Part shown: positions 1 through 13,400 of the stretch, piece by piece
How positions within the stretch are numbered: position 1 is the stretch's first letter
Layout of the letters: the number at the start of each line of letters is the position of its first letter
Assembly (NCBI GenBank): GCA_012295275.1
Contig: CM022670.1
Coordinates: forward strand, 26,102,001 to 26,166,000
Length of the DNA: 64,000 bases
Reading direction: 5' to 3'
Source: Chrysomallon squamiferum
Taxonomy: Eukaryota > Animalia > Mollusca
The notes under the pieces: model-generated
Seen by the model: only the letters and a program-made list of their open reading frames with translations
Database searches by the model: none
Told to the model about the DNA's origin: nothing
Translations under genes and position numbers: made by a program

Positions 1-599
1 CATTTCTACTACTACTATTAATACTATTATATGTACTAGTACTACTATTTCTAATATTTCTGTGTAACTGATTGCAGACAAATGTCATCCTGACCATATG
101 CTATTGTTATTGTTTTTAAAACTGAATACAATAGAAATACCCTCTGAATAAGAACAATTAATATTCTAAATCTCCATTATTTCTTCACCTTGACAACAGC
201 ATTTTAGCTGTAATCGTAAACAGAAGATCTCAAAAGGAAATATTATTAAAACAAACATTGTCATCATTTCATTATTTGTTCTGATTGCAAACATTTGTCA
301 GGCCGGTTGTTCTACAACTTGTAAAGTTTTTGTTTTATCTGTGTTGTGGCAACTTGATTATGGCAGCACGCTTGATAAATATGATACAGAATAATTGTAT
401 TTGCTCAGTGAGCTGGCTAAGTAGAATGTATTGGTACAACACTTAGAAAGAATGACCTTACTGGAAGCAAATCTTAAACATGAATTGTGCATTACACAAT
501 GTGGACAATATCACTGCATTCATGAACTGTTTAAAAAAAATATGGTTTGCAGATGGGTGACAACATTATCATTATTGTGTTGTAAATCCAGTTCTAATT

Positions 600-723
600 G
601 TTTTTATTGCATGCTTGACATATTAAATATGTACCTTAGAAAACAAAATGAACTTTTAGTTGTTTTTTGTTATTTAATTTTTTTTTTTTTAAAAACCTGT
701 TTTTTCTTCTTCCTTTTTTTTTT

Positions 724-758
<35 letters not shown>

Positions 759-1580
759 GTTTTAGTTGTTTTTAGTGTTAATAGTTTTTACTTTATGCAA
801 GACACACTGCTTTTGTTGTTTTTATTATATAAATCGTTATTACAAACAAGATACATTAAATGGATATTAAAGTTTTTACATCTTGCCAAATACATTAAAT
901 GTATACATTAACAAACAAAACATTTTAGTTAATGCTCTGTTTATAGCTTTTAGAGCATATCAGATATATTAAATATGTACCTGAGTAAATAAAATTAAAA
1001 GTTTCAGTTGGTTTTTATTACAGGTTCTTTTTTGTGCATACTAGATACATTAAATATATTCTTTAGTAAACAAAATAAACTATTTATACTTTCTTTAATA
1101 ATTTTTACTGAATACTAGATACAGAAAATATATATTTCACATAAACAAAATATATTTTTTTAATTGTTTTTATTACAATGTTTTTTGCTTCATGCAAAAT
1201 ACATTAAACATATATAATTTAAAAAAAAAGCTAATCTTATTGTTAATAGCTTTTACTGCATGTAGATGTATTAACTATGTATTTAATTATACAAAATAAA
1301 CAGTTTTAGTTAATACTTTCATAAATAACTTTTACTTAATACTAGATACCATATAGGCCACATAAACAAAATAAATATTTTTAATGTTACTGTTCATAGC
1401 TTTTGCAAGATATATTACTATATTAAATATATACTTAATTTTACAAAATAAACAATAGTAGTTTACATTATCATTAATAATTGTTACTGACTACTAGACA
1501 CTTTAAATATGCAGTTTGTAAACAAAATAAAAAAAATTTACCATTACAAAATGGTACCTTAAATATGTACTTGAATTGTA
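600..1580. repeat. Degenerate AT-rich tandem repeat, unit about 70-75 bp
   Basis: Recurring ctagatacattaaatatgtac...aaacaaaataaac...ttttagttaat. Confidence 0.7.
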
Positions 1581-2699
1581 ATTGTTTTTAAAATTAATGT
1601 TGGTTACCTCATTTAGTGATGTCTAGAAAGTTATTTATTTATAATAAATTTTAAATTTTTAAAAAAAAATGTTGGTTTATTTTTTTTCAGTGGTGATGGT
1701 TTTAGTCTGGGTGTAAAATGGATTTTAAACTGATAATTTATGCAGTTTAAAGGTCGTTTGAAATAAATTTGTGTAATAAAAAGTTTAGTATGAGCTGTTT
1801 CAGCATGTTATTTACAAATAACCTACATACATTTAAAATCTTTCTGTTTGGTAATTTTTAAAAACCCTGATTTTAAACACTGGACTTCAAATCAGTGCAG
1901 TAAGTTATAAAACATTATTAATTGATGTTCATATTAAAGGGTGCCATGGAATTGTCCAGGCAGTTTCAAGCCTTAAAACTGATTTGTTACTAACATGCTC
2001 TAAGTGGATTCATGGATACATCATCTAATTTGTAATGAACCTACAGTGTTTCTGTATCTTGAGTCTTTAAAAATTTGTTAATTTAGTCAAGTGCAGAATC
2101 TTCAAGTTTATATTGTCTGGTTGATAAATTTAATATTACATATGCCAGATTTCTTAATGTCTAAACTTGGATTTATTAGCGAATACTATTATTGTTATTA
2201 ATATTATTTATTATTATTTTTTTTGTAAATTGACTGTTTTTGTTTACTTCAGTCAAGAAAGGAAGCTTTGAGTACAAGGCTTTATGTAAAGTTTGAGAGA
2301 TATTCACAAACTAATATCAGTTTTTTGTTGTTGTTAATCGATGGTTTGAAATCTGCTTACTTCAGACAAGGGCAGACCCATCATCCAGGGTCTGATGAGT
2401 CTAAGGTACACAGATGGCAGTTTTGTGTAAAGTTAGAATGGTATTTGCAAGCTAATATCGGTATTTTGTATCACAGCATTATCTGTGTCTGTATATAAGA
2501 TATGATCTGTAATAGATTTCAGAAAGGCATTCTCTGACATTAACAGGACTTCTGAACTTCTGTTTAGATTAAACAACTCAGATATGTTTTAAAATCAATA
2601 ACTTGTTTAGTCTCCTGCTGATAAATACTTGGGGTGCATACTGCATACTGCACTCTCAAGAAAAGAGCAGTCACTGACACAGACAAGATACATGTCAAA

Positions 2700-2835
2700 A
2701 CAGTTCCCTGCTGTGTTACTCATTTTACCAATCCTAGTATACCGTAACACCATTTGTACTCTCCTGTCTGTGGGAAGGTGCTTATGAGAGATCACATCCT
2801 GTTAATAATTAATCATTCATGGAAGAATGGCAGTG
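2700..2835 (+). mobile_element. SINE core fragment, same family
   Basis: tcctgtctgtgggaaggtgcttatgagagatcac. Confidence 0.5.
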
Positions 2836-3387
2836 AATTTAGATTTGATAATATGACAGTTCATTTTAATAAATTTGAAGATGAAGTTTACTGAAAAAGA
2901 TAAATGTACTGAAGTAGCCAAATTTTCACTATGGTCAAGATCTGTGGACTGTTTAATGAGTTATCATAATTAGCTATGTAATGTTCAGTATTTGTTTTTT
3001 TCACAGAGAGTGAATGTCTTATACAGTTGTTTAATTCTTTTTTCTAAATTTTACTTAACAAAAGTTGTTGTTGATATGCAGCAGGCAATAAATCTACTAT
3101 GTCATTGTGCATTCGTTTTCCATGACCTCACATCAGAATAAAGAACCGCAGTATTTCTCAAAACACATAAATTTGAATTGGATCAAGTTAATAAATAACA
3201 TTTTTAATAAATTCCTGCTTTGTTACTCACATATTATGTAAGTGGGAGGATAACATATTGCAGAAATGAGATTTATTCCATTAAACGATGTCAGGTTTAA
3301 TGTGTTGGAAAGTAATAATCATTTTCAAAAGTAAAATTTAAGTGTCAGAATGCTGATTAATCTTTTTTTTTTTTTTTATTACTAATA

Positions 3388-3455
3388 CAGGTTGAAGATC
3401 CTTTTTCTGAAGTTGCTTAAAATTGAAAAGCTCTGAAATCCAAAACGTTTTGCAA
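3388..3455 (+). mobile_element. Possible Tigger/pogo-type terminal fragment
   Basis: TA|caggttgaagatcc...gctctgaaatccaaaacgttttg resembles recalled Tigger ends (CAGGTTGAGTATCCC...AAATCCAAAAC); no partner end found. Confidence 0.3.
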
Positions 3456-3585
3456 ACAGCCAAAATAGTGACAGCTTATAGTTTTTTGATTGTTTAACAT
3501 ACACAAACAATATTTCACAAAAAATATTGGACAAAAATATCTGCATATTCTTTTTCATGTCTTAAAAGAAAAAGGAAAAAAATTT

Positions 3586-3745
3586 AGCTGCAATGGATCT
3601 TTTTATGTTCATTGAAAAGCACTTAAATCAGTCTTTTATATATCATGAGCACTGTCTGGAATGAGAAATTGCTTAATTGACATCCAGGGGATATTGATCC
3701 TGATACCATCACACTTCCACTCAGCATTTTAATACAGACTGTTGT
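3586..3745 (-). mobile_element. SINE fragment, same family
   Basis: gcaatggatctttttat...gagcactgtctggaatgagaaattgc...attgatcct. Confidence 0.5.
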
Positions 3746-4241
3746 GAAAAAAAAAAAAAAAAAATCAATGTTACAGAATTTAATAAAAGCATTCTATAAA
3801 AGTTAATAAAAGTATACCTCTGTTGTACTCAAGAGTTAAAATGCTTTGAGTATTCAAATCATAACAACAACAACAAAAAAAAAAAAAAAAAATAAAAAAG
3901 ATTTAAGTATAAGCAAAATTTTCCTTTTATTTTAGATCAGATAAAGAAATTTGATTTAAATTATCATAGATTTGAGGACTGGTTGCCTTTGATGTTGAAT
4001 ATTTTAGGAAATTTCCTGTAGAATATAAAAAGGTTAAAAAAAAAAATATAATTGAAGTGTGTTGAAAAAAATATAAAATAAATATTACTTGTGAGTCATT
4101 CCTTTTTTAAAAATGTTTGAAATAGTTGCAAGAAGAACATAATTTTTATTTATGATATTTTTCATGCTATTTGAAAAAAATAAATGAACTACAACATTGT
4201 ATTAATCATTGAAATGGTTTTATAAATGTTAATAGATAATT

Positions 4242-4243
<2 letters not shown>

Positions 4244-4292
<49 letters not shown>
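4244..4292. repeat. (CA)n microsatellite
   Basis: Directly visible; similar tracts near 10618, 23711 and 42045. Confidence 0.95.
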
Positions 4293-4296
<4 letters not shown>

Positions 4297-5214
4297 GTAA
4301 TACCACTGTGATCACTCTACTTCTATTACTTCAGTTCCTATTGCTCCTGCTACTATTACCACTATTATAATAACAACAACAACTACTACTACAACAACAG
4401 CTATTTCTACTGCTGTTATTATTTAAATTTTTTTTTTTTTTTTCAAAAGCAGATCAAACAAAATAAAAAAAAAGAAAATAAAAGAAAAAGAAAAAAGAAA
4501 TAAAGAAAAGAACATACCACCTGTAACTGCAATAAAACTTCAAAATAATTAAACTCTGGTACATCAAAATGTCTGTAGGCTGTTACTCATTCTAGCAGAG
4601 GTGATTTAAGACAGAAAACATATATTGTGGGTTTTATGGGGGCAGTTTTCTTTTGCTTTTTGGGGGTATTTTTAAACTTATATTTACATTTCTTTACAAA
4701 AACATGTTGGATTGCAAGTCATAAAATAATCTTCTTCTTCTTTTTTCTTCTTTTTTTTTTTACTACTATTGCTGTTACTGATACTGCTCCTAATAATAGT
4801 AATATGATTAATATTACTGCTGCTGTTGATACTATTACTACTACTACTACATGTTTTATTACAGGTTTTAAAGCTCTCTTCTTTCCTTTTTTTCCATTTT
4901 ACTACTGCTGCTATTACTAATACTGCACCAGCTATAATGACAACTGCTACTATTGGTACTACTTCTACTACCATCACTACTAAAACTTGAAAACAATTGC
5001 AACCTTATCCTGGTACATTAAAATGTTGCTTTGTTTTTACTGTTTTTAACAATCATAATTTAGTACAGGCAGCCAATTTGTTTCAAAAACCTTTATTTAT
5101 ATGTTCAAAAACCCTGTTATACTGCATATATTAAAGTAATCCTTTTATTATGAGAAGTGCTAGAACTTGTTGTATATTGCTTTTTGTTCTGTTTTTCTTT
5201 GAATGAGAAAGCCA

Positions 5215-6140
5215 TTTGCTATGAATTATACCAGTTTAGAGTAACATGTGATTGTATTTCTGAGTTACATCAGTTTAGAGTAATGTGGGTATGTACTGTT
5301 GTGAGTTAAGTCAGCTTAGAGTAATGTGGTTTGCTGTGTAGTATGTTAGTTTAGAGTAGTATAGGATTGTATTTCTGTGAGTTACATAAATTTAGAGTAG
5401 TATAAGATTGTATTGCTGAGTTACATAAGTTTAGTTTAATGTGGGATTGTACTGCTGTGAGTTACATCAGTTTAGAGTAATGTGGGATTGTATCGCTGAG
5501 TTACATCAGTTTAGAGAAATGTGGGATTGTATTGCTGAGTTATATCAGCTTAGAGTAATGTGGGATTGTATCGCTGAGTTACATCAGTTTAGAGAAATGT
5601 GGGATTGTATCGCTGAGTTACATCAGTTTAGAGAAATGTGGGATTGTATCGCTGAGTTACATCAGTTTAGAGTAGTATAAGATTGTTTTTTTTGAGTTAC
5701 ATCAATTTAGAATAATGTAGGATTGTTTTGCTGTGAGTTACAATAGTTTAGTGTGGGATTTTATTCCTATGAGTTATGCAGGTTAGAGTAATGTGGGATT
5801 GTATCGCTGAGTTACATCAGTTTAAGTAGTATAATATTGTTTTTTATGAGTTACATCAGTTTAGAGGAATGTAGGATTGTTTTGCTGTGAATTACATTAG
5901 TTTAGTGTGGGATTTTATTCCTCTGAGTTATGCAGGTTAGAGTAATGTTGGATTGTACTGCTGTTAGTTACATCAATTTATAGTAACATGCAATTGTTTT
6001 GCTATGAGTTACATCAGTTTAGAATAACGTATTGCTGTGAGTTACATCAGTTTAGAGTAAACTGGGATTGTATTTCTGAGTTATAGCAGTTTAGATAGAG
6101 TGGGATATTTTTGTTATGAGTTACATCAGTTTAAAGTAAT
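5215..6140. repeat. 39-bp minisatellite (gtgggattgtatcgctgagttacatcagtttagagtaat), about 20+ copies
   Basis: Near-perfect copies at 5440-5675 with decayed flanks; explains the 13-aa periodic ORF 5441..5680. Confidence 0.95.
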
Positions 6141-6894
6141 TTATATGTATGTATCTATGTATGTACATATGTATGTATCATCTACCTGTCTATCTGTCTG
6201 TTTCTCTACCTATCAATCTATCTTTATCAATCTAGCTGTCTATTTAATAATTTCATTTGAAAATTAATGTATAAATTATCAGCAAAACAACTGAGATATT
6301 CATTCATATTTACACTCTGCATATTATAATTTGTTATACAATTTTTAAATGTTACCATTAAATAATTGTTATTTTACATGGATTTATTTATTTCATATCA
6401 ATGTCTCAAATTATTTTTGAAAACTAAATGTTATATATGCACTCAGAATTGTTTGAATCTATTACTATAGGTCTTTAAGAATCTTTAATATATATTTTAA
6501 TAGCATTTTAACTTAGTATAATATAAATTCATTTACTATATTTAGAAACCTGATTTAAATATATATTATATAAGATGTACCATTTAATTCAATACAGTAA
6601 TATCTTTTGGCATTAATTTTAAATGTGTAAACAAATCTGTATATTATTTTAATAATTTAATAAACTAAATGTTTATACACATTGAACAAATAAATAGAAA
6701 TGATATATTTTTTATGTCACGAATGTAAATAAAATATAAAAGAATAAATCTTTCAATTTTGTTCTATAAAGAAACCTATTATATTTTAATAATTTAATGA
6801 ATATCTTATTCATAAATAATTTAATAATTTAAGCAGTATGATTTATATGTGTTTGTTACACAAGATGACACTATAAATTTTGAAGTAACAAATA

Positions 6895-7133
6895 CTAAAT
6901 AAGTAAATAAAAATAAATAAATAAATAAATAACAAAAGTAAATAAATTGTAATAATAAATAAACAAATAATGAATAAAAATAAATAAGTATATAAGTAAT
7001 AAAAACTAACTAACTAACTAACTAAATAAATAAATAAATAATAAACAAAAATAAGTAACTGAGTAACAAAAATAAATATAAAAATAAATAAATAAATAGT
7101 AAAAATAATAATTAAATAAATATATAGCAAAAA

Positions 7134-7164
<31 letters not shown>

Positions 7165-7265
7165 ATAGTAAAAATAATAATTAAATAAATATATAGCAAA
7201 AATAAATAAATAAATAAATAAATCAATAATAATAATAATAATCAATAATAAAAATAATATAAAAC
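6895..7265. repeat. (TAAA)n-rich low-complexity tract with an internal duplication
   Basis: Directly visible. Confidence 0.85.
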
Positions 7266-7383
7266 AAATACAATAAAGAAACCCACCATTCTCATATATC
7301 TGTGAATACTGATATTTAGCAGTTGTGTTAAATCAATTATTATTAATGTTTTCTCCCTGTTCAATACATTTTCCATGGTTAGT

Positions 7384-8400
7384 GTTTAACATAGCAACCA
7401 GAGAGTCTTTCAGTGTTTGTTGATTAGTGTGTCTGTTTATTGAACCATCTCAAGCAGTCAGCCAGCTTGAATCTTCTCGTTTTATTTACTTACTAGCTGA
7501 TGTTTATTAGTAAACTTACTTAGTTTAAATCTCAAAGGTTTTATTAAGTTACGTTTTACTCTTGTTTTTTAAATTAATTCTACCAGTATGTATTAAAGCA
7601 GTATCTATTATTGAATTAATTCAGTATATATTACGTAAATCAGCAAGTATTTTTTGAACTAAGATAGTTTGAATCATCTAGTTTGCTATGTGTCATGTCT
7701 ATAACAATTACTAAGTTTTGTTGTAGTTGTTGAACTAAGTGAACTAGTCAATTTGATTAATTTAAGTTGCTATATGTTATAGTGATATTTATAAGTTGCA
7801 TTGTTGATTTGTTACTGAACTTGACAATTTGAGTTTTGACATATTATAGTGATTTAAGTAAACTTGTCACTGTCAGTGTTACAAGTTGCTATAACATATT
7901 ACAGTGATTTAAGTAAATTTGTCACTGTCAGTGTTACAAGTTGCTATAACATATTACAGTGATTTATTTATACTCTGCCATGTTGTGTTAGTTATGAAAC
8001 TAACTCAGCTTGTTAGTTTGAATATCAGGGTTGCTATGACTGATACATTACAGTGATTTATTATTATTTTACCATGATGTGTTAGTTACTAAACAAACTC
8101 AATGGATCAGTTCAAATATCACAAGTTGCTATGATACATTCTCAGTTAATTAATTCAGCTTGAACTAAGATAGTCAGCTTGAATATTATGGGTTGCTATG
8201 ATATCTAGTAATATCTACACGAGTTGTTATGATGTTTTCTCATTTAATTAATTCAGCTAGTACTTAGTGAACTAAGACAGTCAGCTTGAATATTATAGGT
8301 TGTTATGATATCAAATAACATCTATAAACTTGCTATGATCATATATATTGAGTTTCTGAATTTAACTGGTTATTTTGACTTCTGTAGGTTGCTATGTTGT
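7384..8400. promoter_or_regulatory. Cluster of RFX X-box-like motifs (GTTGCTATG/A half-sites) in a degenerate tandem repeat upstream of the SPATA1 ATG
   Basis: catagcaac at 7390; GTTGCTAT at 7766, 7885, 7940, 8030, 8125, 8192 and 8388; GTTGTTATG at 8223 and 8299. Confidence 0.5.
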
Positions 8401-10290
8401 GTTTGTTGATCAGTCTTATACATTCATAATTAGCTTGCTCGTAATAACATTTTCAAATATTTAAATATTTCCAAAGGTGTCACTTATCATCAATATGCAT
8501 AAACTGGCAAACACTGGAGAGACACTTGTGTTGTAAATAACCACTGAATAATTTAACATATTAAACACTCTGTACATGAAAGGTTAATGGGTGTACACGA
8601 ATAAGAAATAGAATGCCATGTATGATGTTTTTCTTTTTTAAATATATATATTTTTATACATATATATATTTAACCTTTGTGCTGATTGATCAGTGTGTAG
8701 ATATAGAGTGTAGGTGTCATAACATGGCATAAAGAATTTTGGCACAGTTTTTCTGTTTGCTCATTTTAATTAATATTTGAGTCTATTCACCTGACTGAAT
8801 GATAACTGAGTGAGGTCTGCTTAACTCTGTAATTGGTTCAACGGAGTGTGATTAAAACATACCACAGTCTCTGTTACTATGTTTATTTTTCACTTTTTCT
8901 TCTTTTAAAGCAGTTTTTTTATGAAAAAAAAGAAAAAAAAAGGAAAGAAAATAAAAGGGAAAAGAAAAGGAATAGACAGAATAAATTAACAGTTTATTAT
9001 ATATTTGATTTTTTTTTTTTAAATTGGAGATCTGGTTACAAATAATTTCTTGTTGTGATTTACAGCAGTATGCAAAAACTTAATGGTAAATTACACAAAC
9101 CATATTCAGTTATGATGTAAAAAAAACCACAAGGTCTGAAAACATCTGTTGATGTATGAATGAATTTTTATTATTCAAAAAAAAATTAGTTTTGTCATCA
9201 CAAATTAAAAATAAGAAAAGAAAAGAAGAAACAAAAGAAAAGATTTGCATTTTAATAAATTTCATGATTTACTTACTTTAATAAATATTTACATATGTAC
9301 TGTAAAAAAATTTAATGATGGTTTTCATTAAATAATACAAGAAACAATTAAATAAAGTAGCTTTAGGTTCTGAAAAATAAAAGTAAAAATAAAAGTATAG
9401 AAAATGTACAAAAAAAATATAAAGACAGAAAAGAGAAAGGCCTAAGAAAAAAGAGAGAAAAAAAAATGACTGAAAAAAGTGTTAGAAATATGAAAAAACC
9501 AAAAAAAATGTTTACATTATTTATAGTTGGCGAGGAAACCAAACAAGTTTCTATTATGTGTGTTCCACCACAATGATAATTTTCACCATGTTTTAATGGG
9601 TTCAGTCTATCTGATCAATATCAAGTCCACTTAGGGAGGGATTCACCACAGAAGACAACAAAACCCATCCATACGTACAGTTCTAATTGCCCTCCCAAGC
9701 AGAATGTTACTTGTTTTACAGTATCATTGTGTTGTGTGGTAATCAATGGATGGCAATTGAATTTTTCTTCACTTTGCTGTGATAATGTAGTCACACAGGA
9801 TATTCTTACATTGGCATCTTAATGTGAAACGAAGAGGTTACATTGACTGAATGTTTCTAAAGACTTTTTATTTTTATTTTTATCTCCAGAGCTTTTTATC
9901 TATACACATATATAAAAAATAATGTCAGAGAATTATTATAAAAAAGAAAAAAAAAGTCCCATCCAATAAAAATGAAAAATTTCACTTAAATGTCATATGA
10001 AAAATATTGACCATAGAGATGAGATCATAGATTTGTTGAATTCTGAGTAGACAAGTGATTATAATAAATAAACCTGTATGCATTTTGCGAAGTGTTTGTT
10101 TGTTGTTTCTAAGACAACCACAGTGAGTGAAAATATTTAAAATGATGGAACAACAATCATAGAATCTTCCTTGTTAAATATTAAAGTGAGTTGTTGTCTG
10201 ACTGAATTATGCTGTGATGCACGTATAAGTTAAGTAGTTGATGGGCTTTTTTTTTATACTGTGACAAAACGTAGGTGAACATTTGGAGTT

Positions 10291-10353
10291 ATGGCTGAAA
10301 AGAAATCACAAGATCAGCTTATTTTGGAACGGGCAAATTCTTATCTTGAGAAG
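10291..10353 (+). CDS. SPATA1: SPATA1 putative first coding exon (MAEKKSQDQLILERANSYLEK)
   Basis: ATG at 10291 is preceded by an in-frame TGA at 10276 and an acceptor (T-tract...cgtag, ending 10274). It ends AAG|gtagtt in phase 0, matching the next exon. This segment is poorly conserved, so it is less certain than the other exons. Confidence 0.6.
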
Positions 10354-10365
10354 GTAGTTAGCAAT

Positions 10366-10407
<42 letters not shown>

Positions 10408-10413
10408 AAATTA

Positions 10414-10462
<49 letters not shown>

Positions 10463-13400
10463 GTTGTAGTAGTTTTAGTAGTTATTATTATACTGACATC
10501 ATCATCATCAGCACCAACAGCATCATCATCATATTAATTTTTTTATATTGTTAGTTTTTTATGGCTGTGTTATGTAGTATTGAAGAATTCATATTTGTTA
10601 AATAATAATAATCTTTTACACACACACACACACACACACACATACACACACACACACACACAGAAACACATACACATACACAAAAAAGGATAATAAAAAT
10701 AATTTAAAGAAACAAAAACATTTAATATTCGATTATCTTAAATTATATTCTATAATAGTGTTTTTCATATTTAGAAAGAAAGAAAAAATTAAACTTGACT
10801 GATTATCTATATATATTATTTTTCATTTTTACAAAGAAAGACAATTTAGCATTGGTGTATAATCACTTATTTTCTATATTTCTGTGCTGTGTTTGTTTTT
10901 GTTTTTTTAAAATAAACAAAATAAAGAGAAAACTTTTGCCTGGGCTTATTTTCTATGATTTTTTTTCCCTCCTTCATACTTAGAAACAATTTACTTATGT
11001 TTATTATCAATTACATTAAAAATAATAATAATAATAATATTTCAGATTTTAAACTATTATCAATTATTTTATGGGTATTTAGAAAGAAACAATTAATGTA
11101 CATTTATTGTCAATTATTTTTCAGAATTTTCTTCTTTCTTTCATACTTAGAAAGAAACAGTTGCAGCACATTTATCATCAGTTATTTTCTATTTGCATTT
11201 CAGCTGGTGGATCTGCATGTGTATGTGGTCCCAGTGGATATATGGAGGGAACGATTCAACAATTTGCTCAATCAGTCTGTCACAGAGACCATTTCTCTTG
11301 GAATCATCAGGTATACATCCATAACAATATCACTACTCTGTATGCTATACCCATACTAATCATATAATTAATAACTATACTCTGTTAGTATTAAAACAGA
11401 CCATTTCTCTCAGAATCATCAGGTATACATTCATAACAATATCACTGCTCTGAATACTGTATCCATAGTATTGAAAATTATTGACAATTATACTCTGTTA
11501 AAATATAATTTTTCTCTTTGAACCATCCATATCAGTAACTACACTGCATCCATGGTACTCATATAATTAATAATTATACTCTGTTATTACAGAACATTTC
11601 TCTTGGAATTATCAGGTATACATAACAATACACAACACAGTTTACCATATCCATAATAATTATACTACCTTTTTAACAAATGAATTAATCTATGATCTGC
11701 TGTTTTAACTATGACATTTTTTAATGACAGATTTTACTGTGTATAATGTGTTAGTTAAGAAAATGATTTCAGAAAGCCTTTCTGAAGCTTGATAAATCTG
11801 ACTAAAAAATCCTTTAAAGTATTTTGGATGAACTATTGTTCTGTGAGTGGAGTGGATATCTGAGTGTGATGGATGATAGGATCAATTCTCCTTACTTTAT
11901 TTGCTGGGCTGTTTTACATTCCAGCCAGTGCCACCCATTTGTATTATCAAAGGTTGTATAAGCATATTGTTATTACTGATCCTTCAAAGGCAGTTTCAAA
12001 ATACTGTTTTTAAATATTTAAACATTTTACGGCCCACAGTATGCTACTCTATCTATGATTAAAAAATACCATTTTGCGAAAATTGTGAACAAATTAAAGT
12101 TGTATGAGTATTTTCTGTATAAAGAAAAATGCTGTCATTTATTATGTAATCTATCATCATTAAATTACTGATGATTTCTGGTGAATGAACAATTCTGCAA
12201 TCATTAGAACTTAAATTATTTAATAATACATTTCTCATCATTGCTGTGATATCATAACTGTATAATTTTATTGATTATTTATTAAGAGTATATGAATTTT
12301 ATGATGTAATTTGTAATCATAGTTACAAAACCCCACCCCACAAAAAAAAAAAAAAAAAAAATTTATAATAAAAATAAAAAATAGAAATCCCCAAACAAAC
12401 CAACCATAAACAAACAAACAAAAACAAAAACAACAGCAACCACAAAAAAAAAATAAAAATAAAATGCTAAAAAATGTGCCAATATTTTATATAATTGAAA
12501 TTATTTCTTGTTTTCAAGTAGACATTTATGATGTGTGTGTGTTTGTATGTATATTTTTGTGTATTTTTAGTTCATATGTTTGTGTTTGTTTTACTTCAGG
12601 GTACCTCCAGAAATGCGTCTGACAGATGTTCGAGAGGAGATAGTGCAGCAACTTGAAGGAGTGGCTCCTCCGGATTACGTTTTTCTTAGAAGTTGTGGTA
12701 GAAGTTTAACTAGGGTAAGTAAATTTAACACTTGTCTTTATTGTTTGTCTAAAAAATAGCTTTTCTTTCTTTTATTATTTATTTTTACTTAAAATGCAAT
12801 AAAAAAAAAAAAATTAATAATAATAAAATAAAAAAATAAAAGCACAATAATAATAATATAAAAAAATAAAAAATAAAAATAATAATAATAAAAATTATTT
12901 TTATTATTATTATTATCTTGAAAAACAAAATCGGATACCTTTTCAAGAATAAAATTGACCCAATAAGCCATTTTAAATCAATGAAATCTAATTATGTTTT
13001 AATCATTAATGGTTATTAATTATCATCCATGCATTTTACCTATAATTTATAATGATGATATGAATATGAAAAAATTGTTGCCAGCATGTACTGGTCTGTT
13101 GTTTCAGAAAACATTTGTCTTAGAGAAAGCCATTTTAAAAGCTAATGAAAGACCTTGTCTAGAACTGGAAATAACCCAATAAATGCTCTAAGAAGCAATG
13201 ATCTCATGACCAACCATGCTGTAGGTCACAGCTCTGGAAACTGATCTGTAATCCAAACAGTTTTAATTCTTGTTTTCCTGGTACTTGGAAATCACCTTCT
13301 GAACTCTTACTTGGCAATCCTGAATGTTGTAATTAGTCGGGTCTAAAATTACAGTTTAAGTTTGCATTCTGTCAAAGCAAAGATGGGATTTTGACATCAT

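Noticed and set aside
2376-2425. CTGATGA hammerhead-ribozyme-like core next to a 7-bp hairpin
   Set aside because: No GAAA after the putative stem II, and no stems I/III or NUH cleavage site can be built
5441-5680. ORF with 13-aa repeats (MWDCIAELHQFRE)
   Set aside because: Translation of a 39-bp minisatellite; flanking copies carry indels and stops, and there is no splice context
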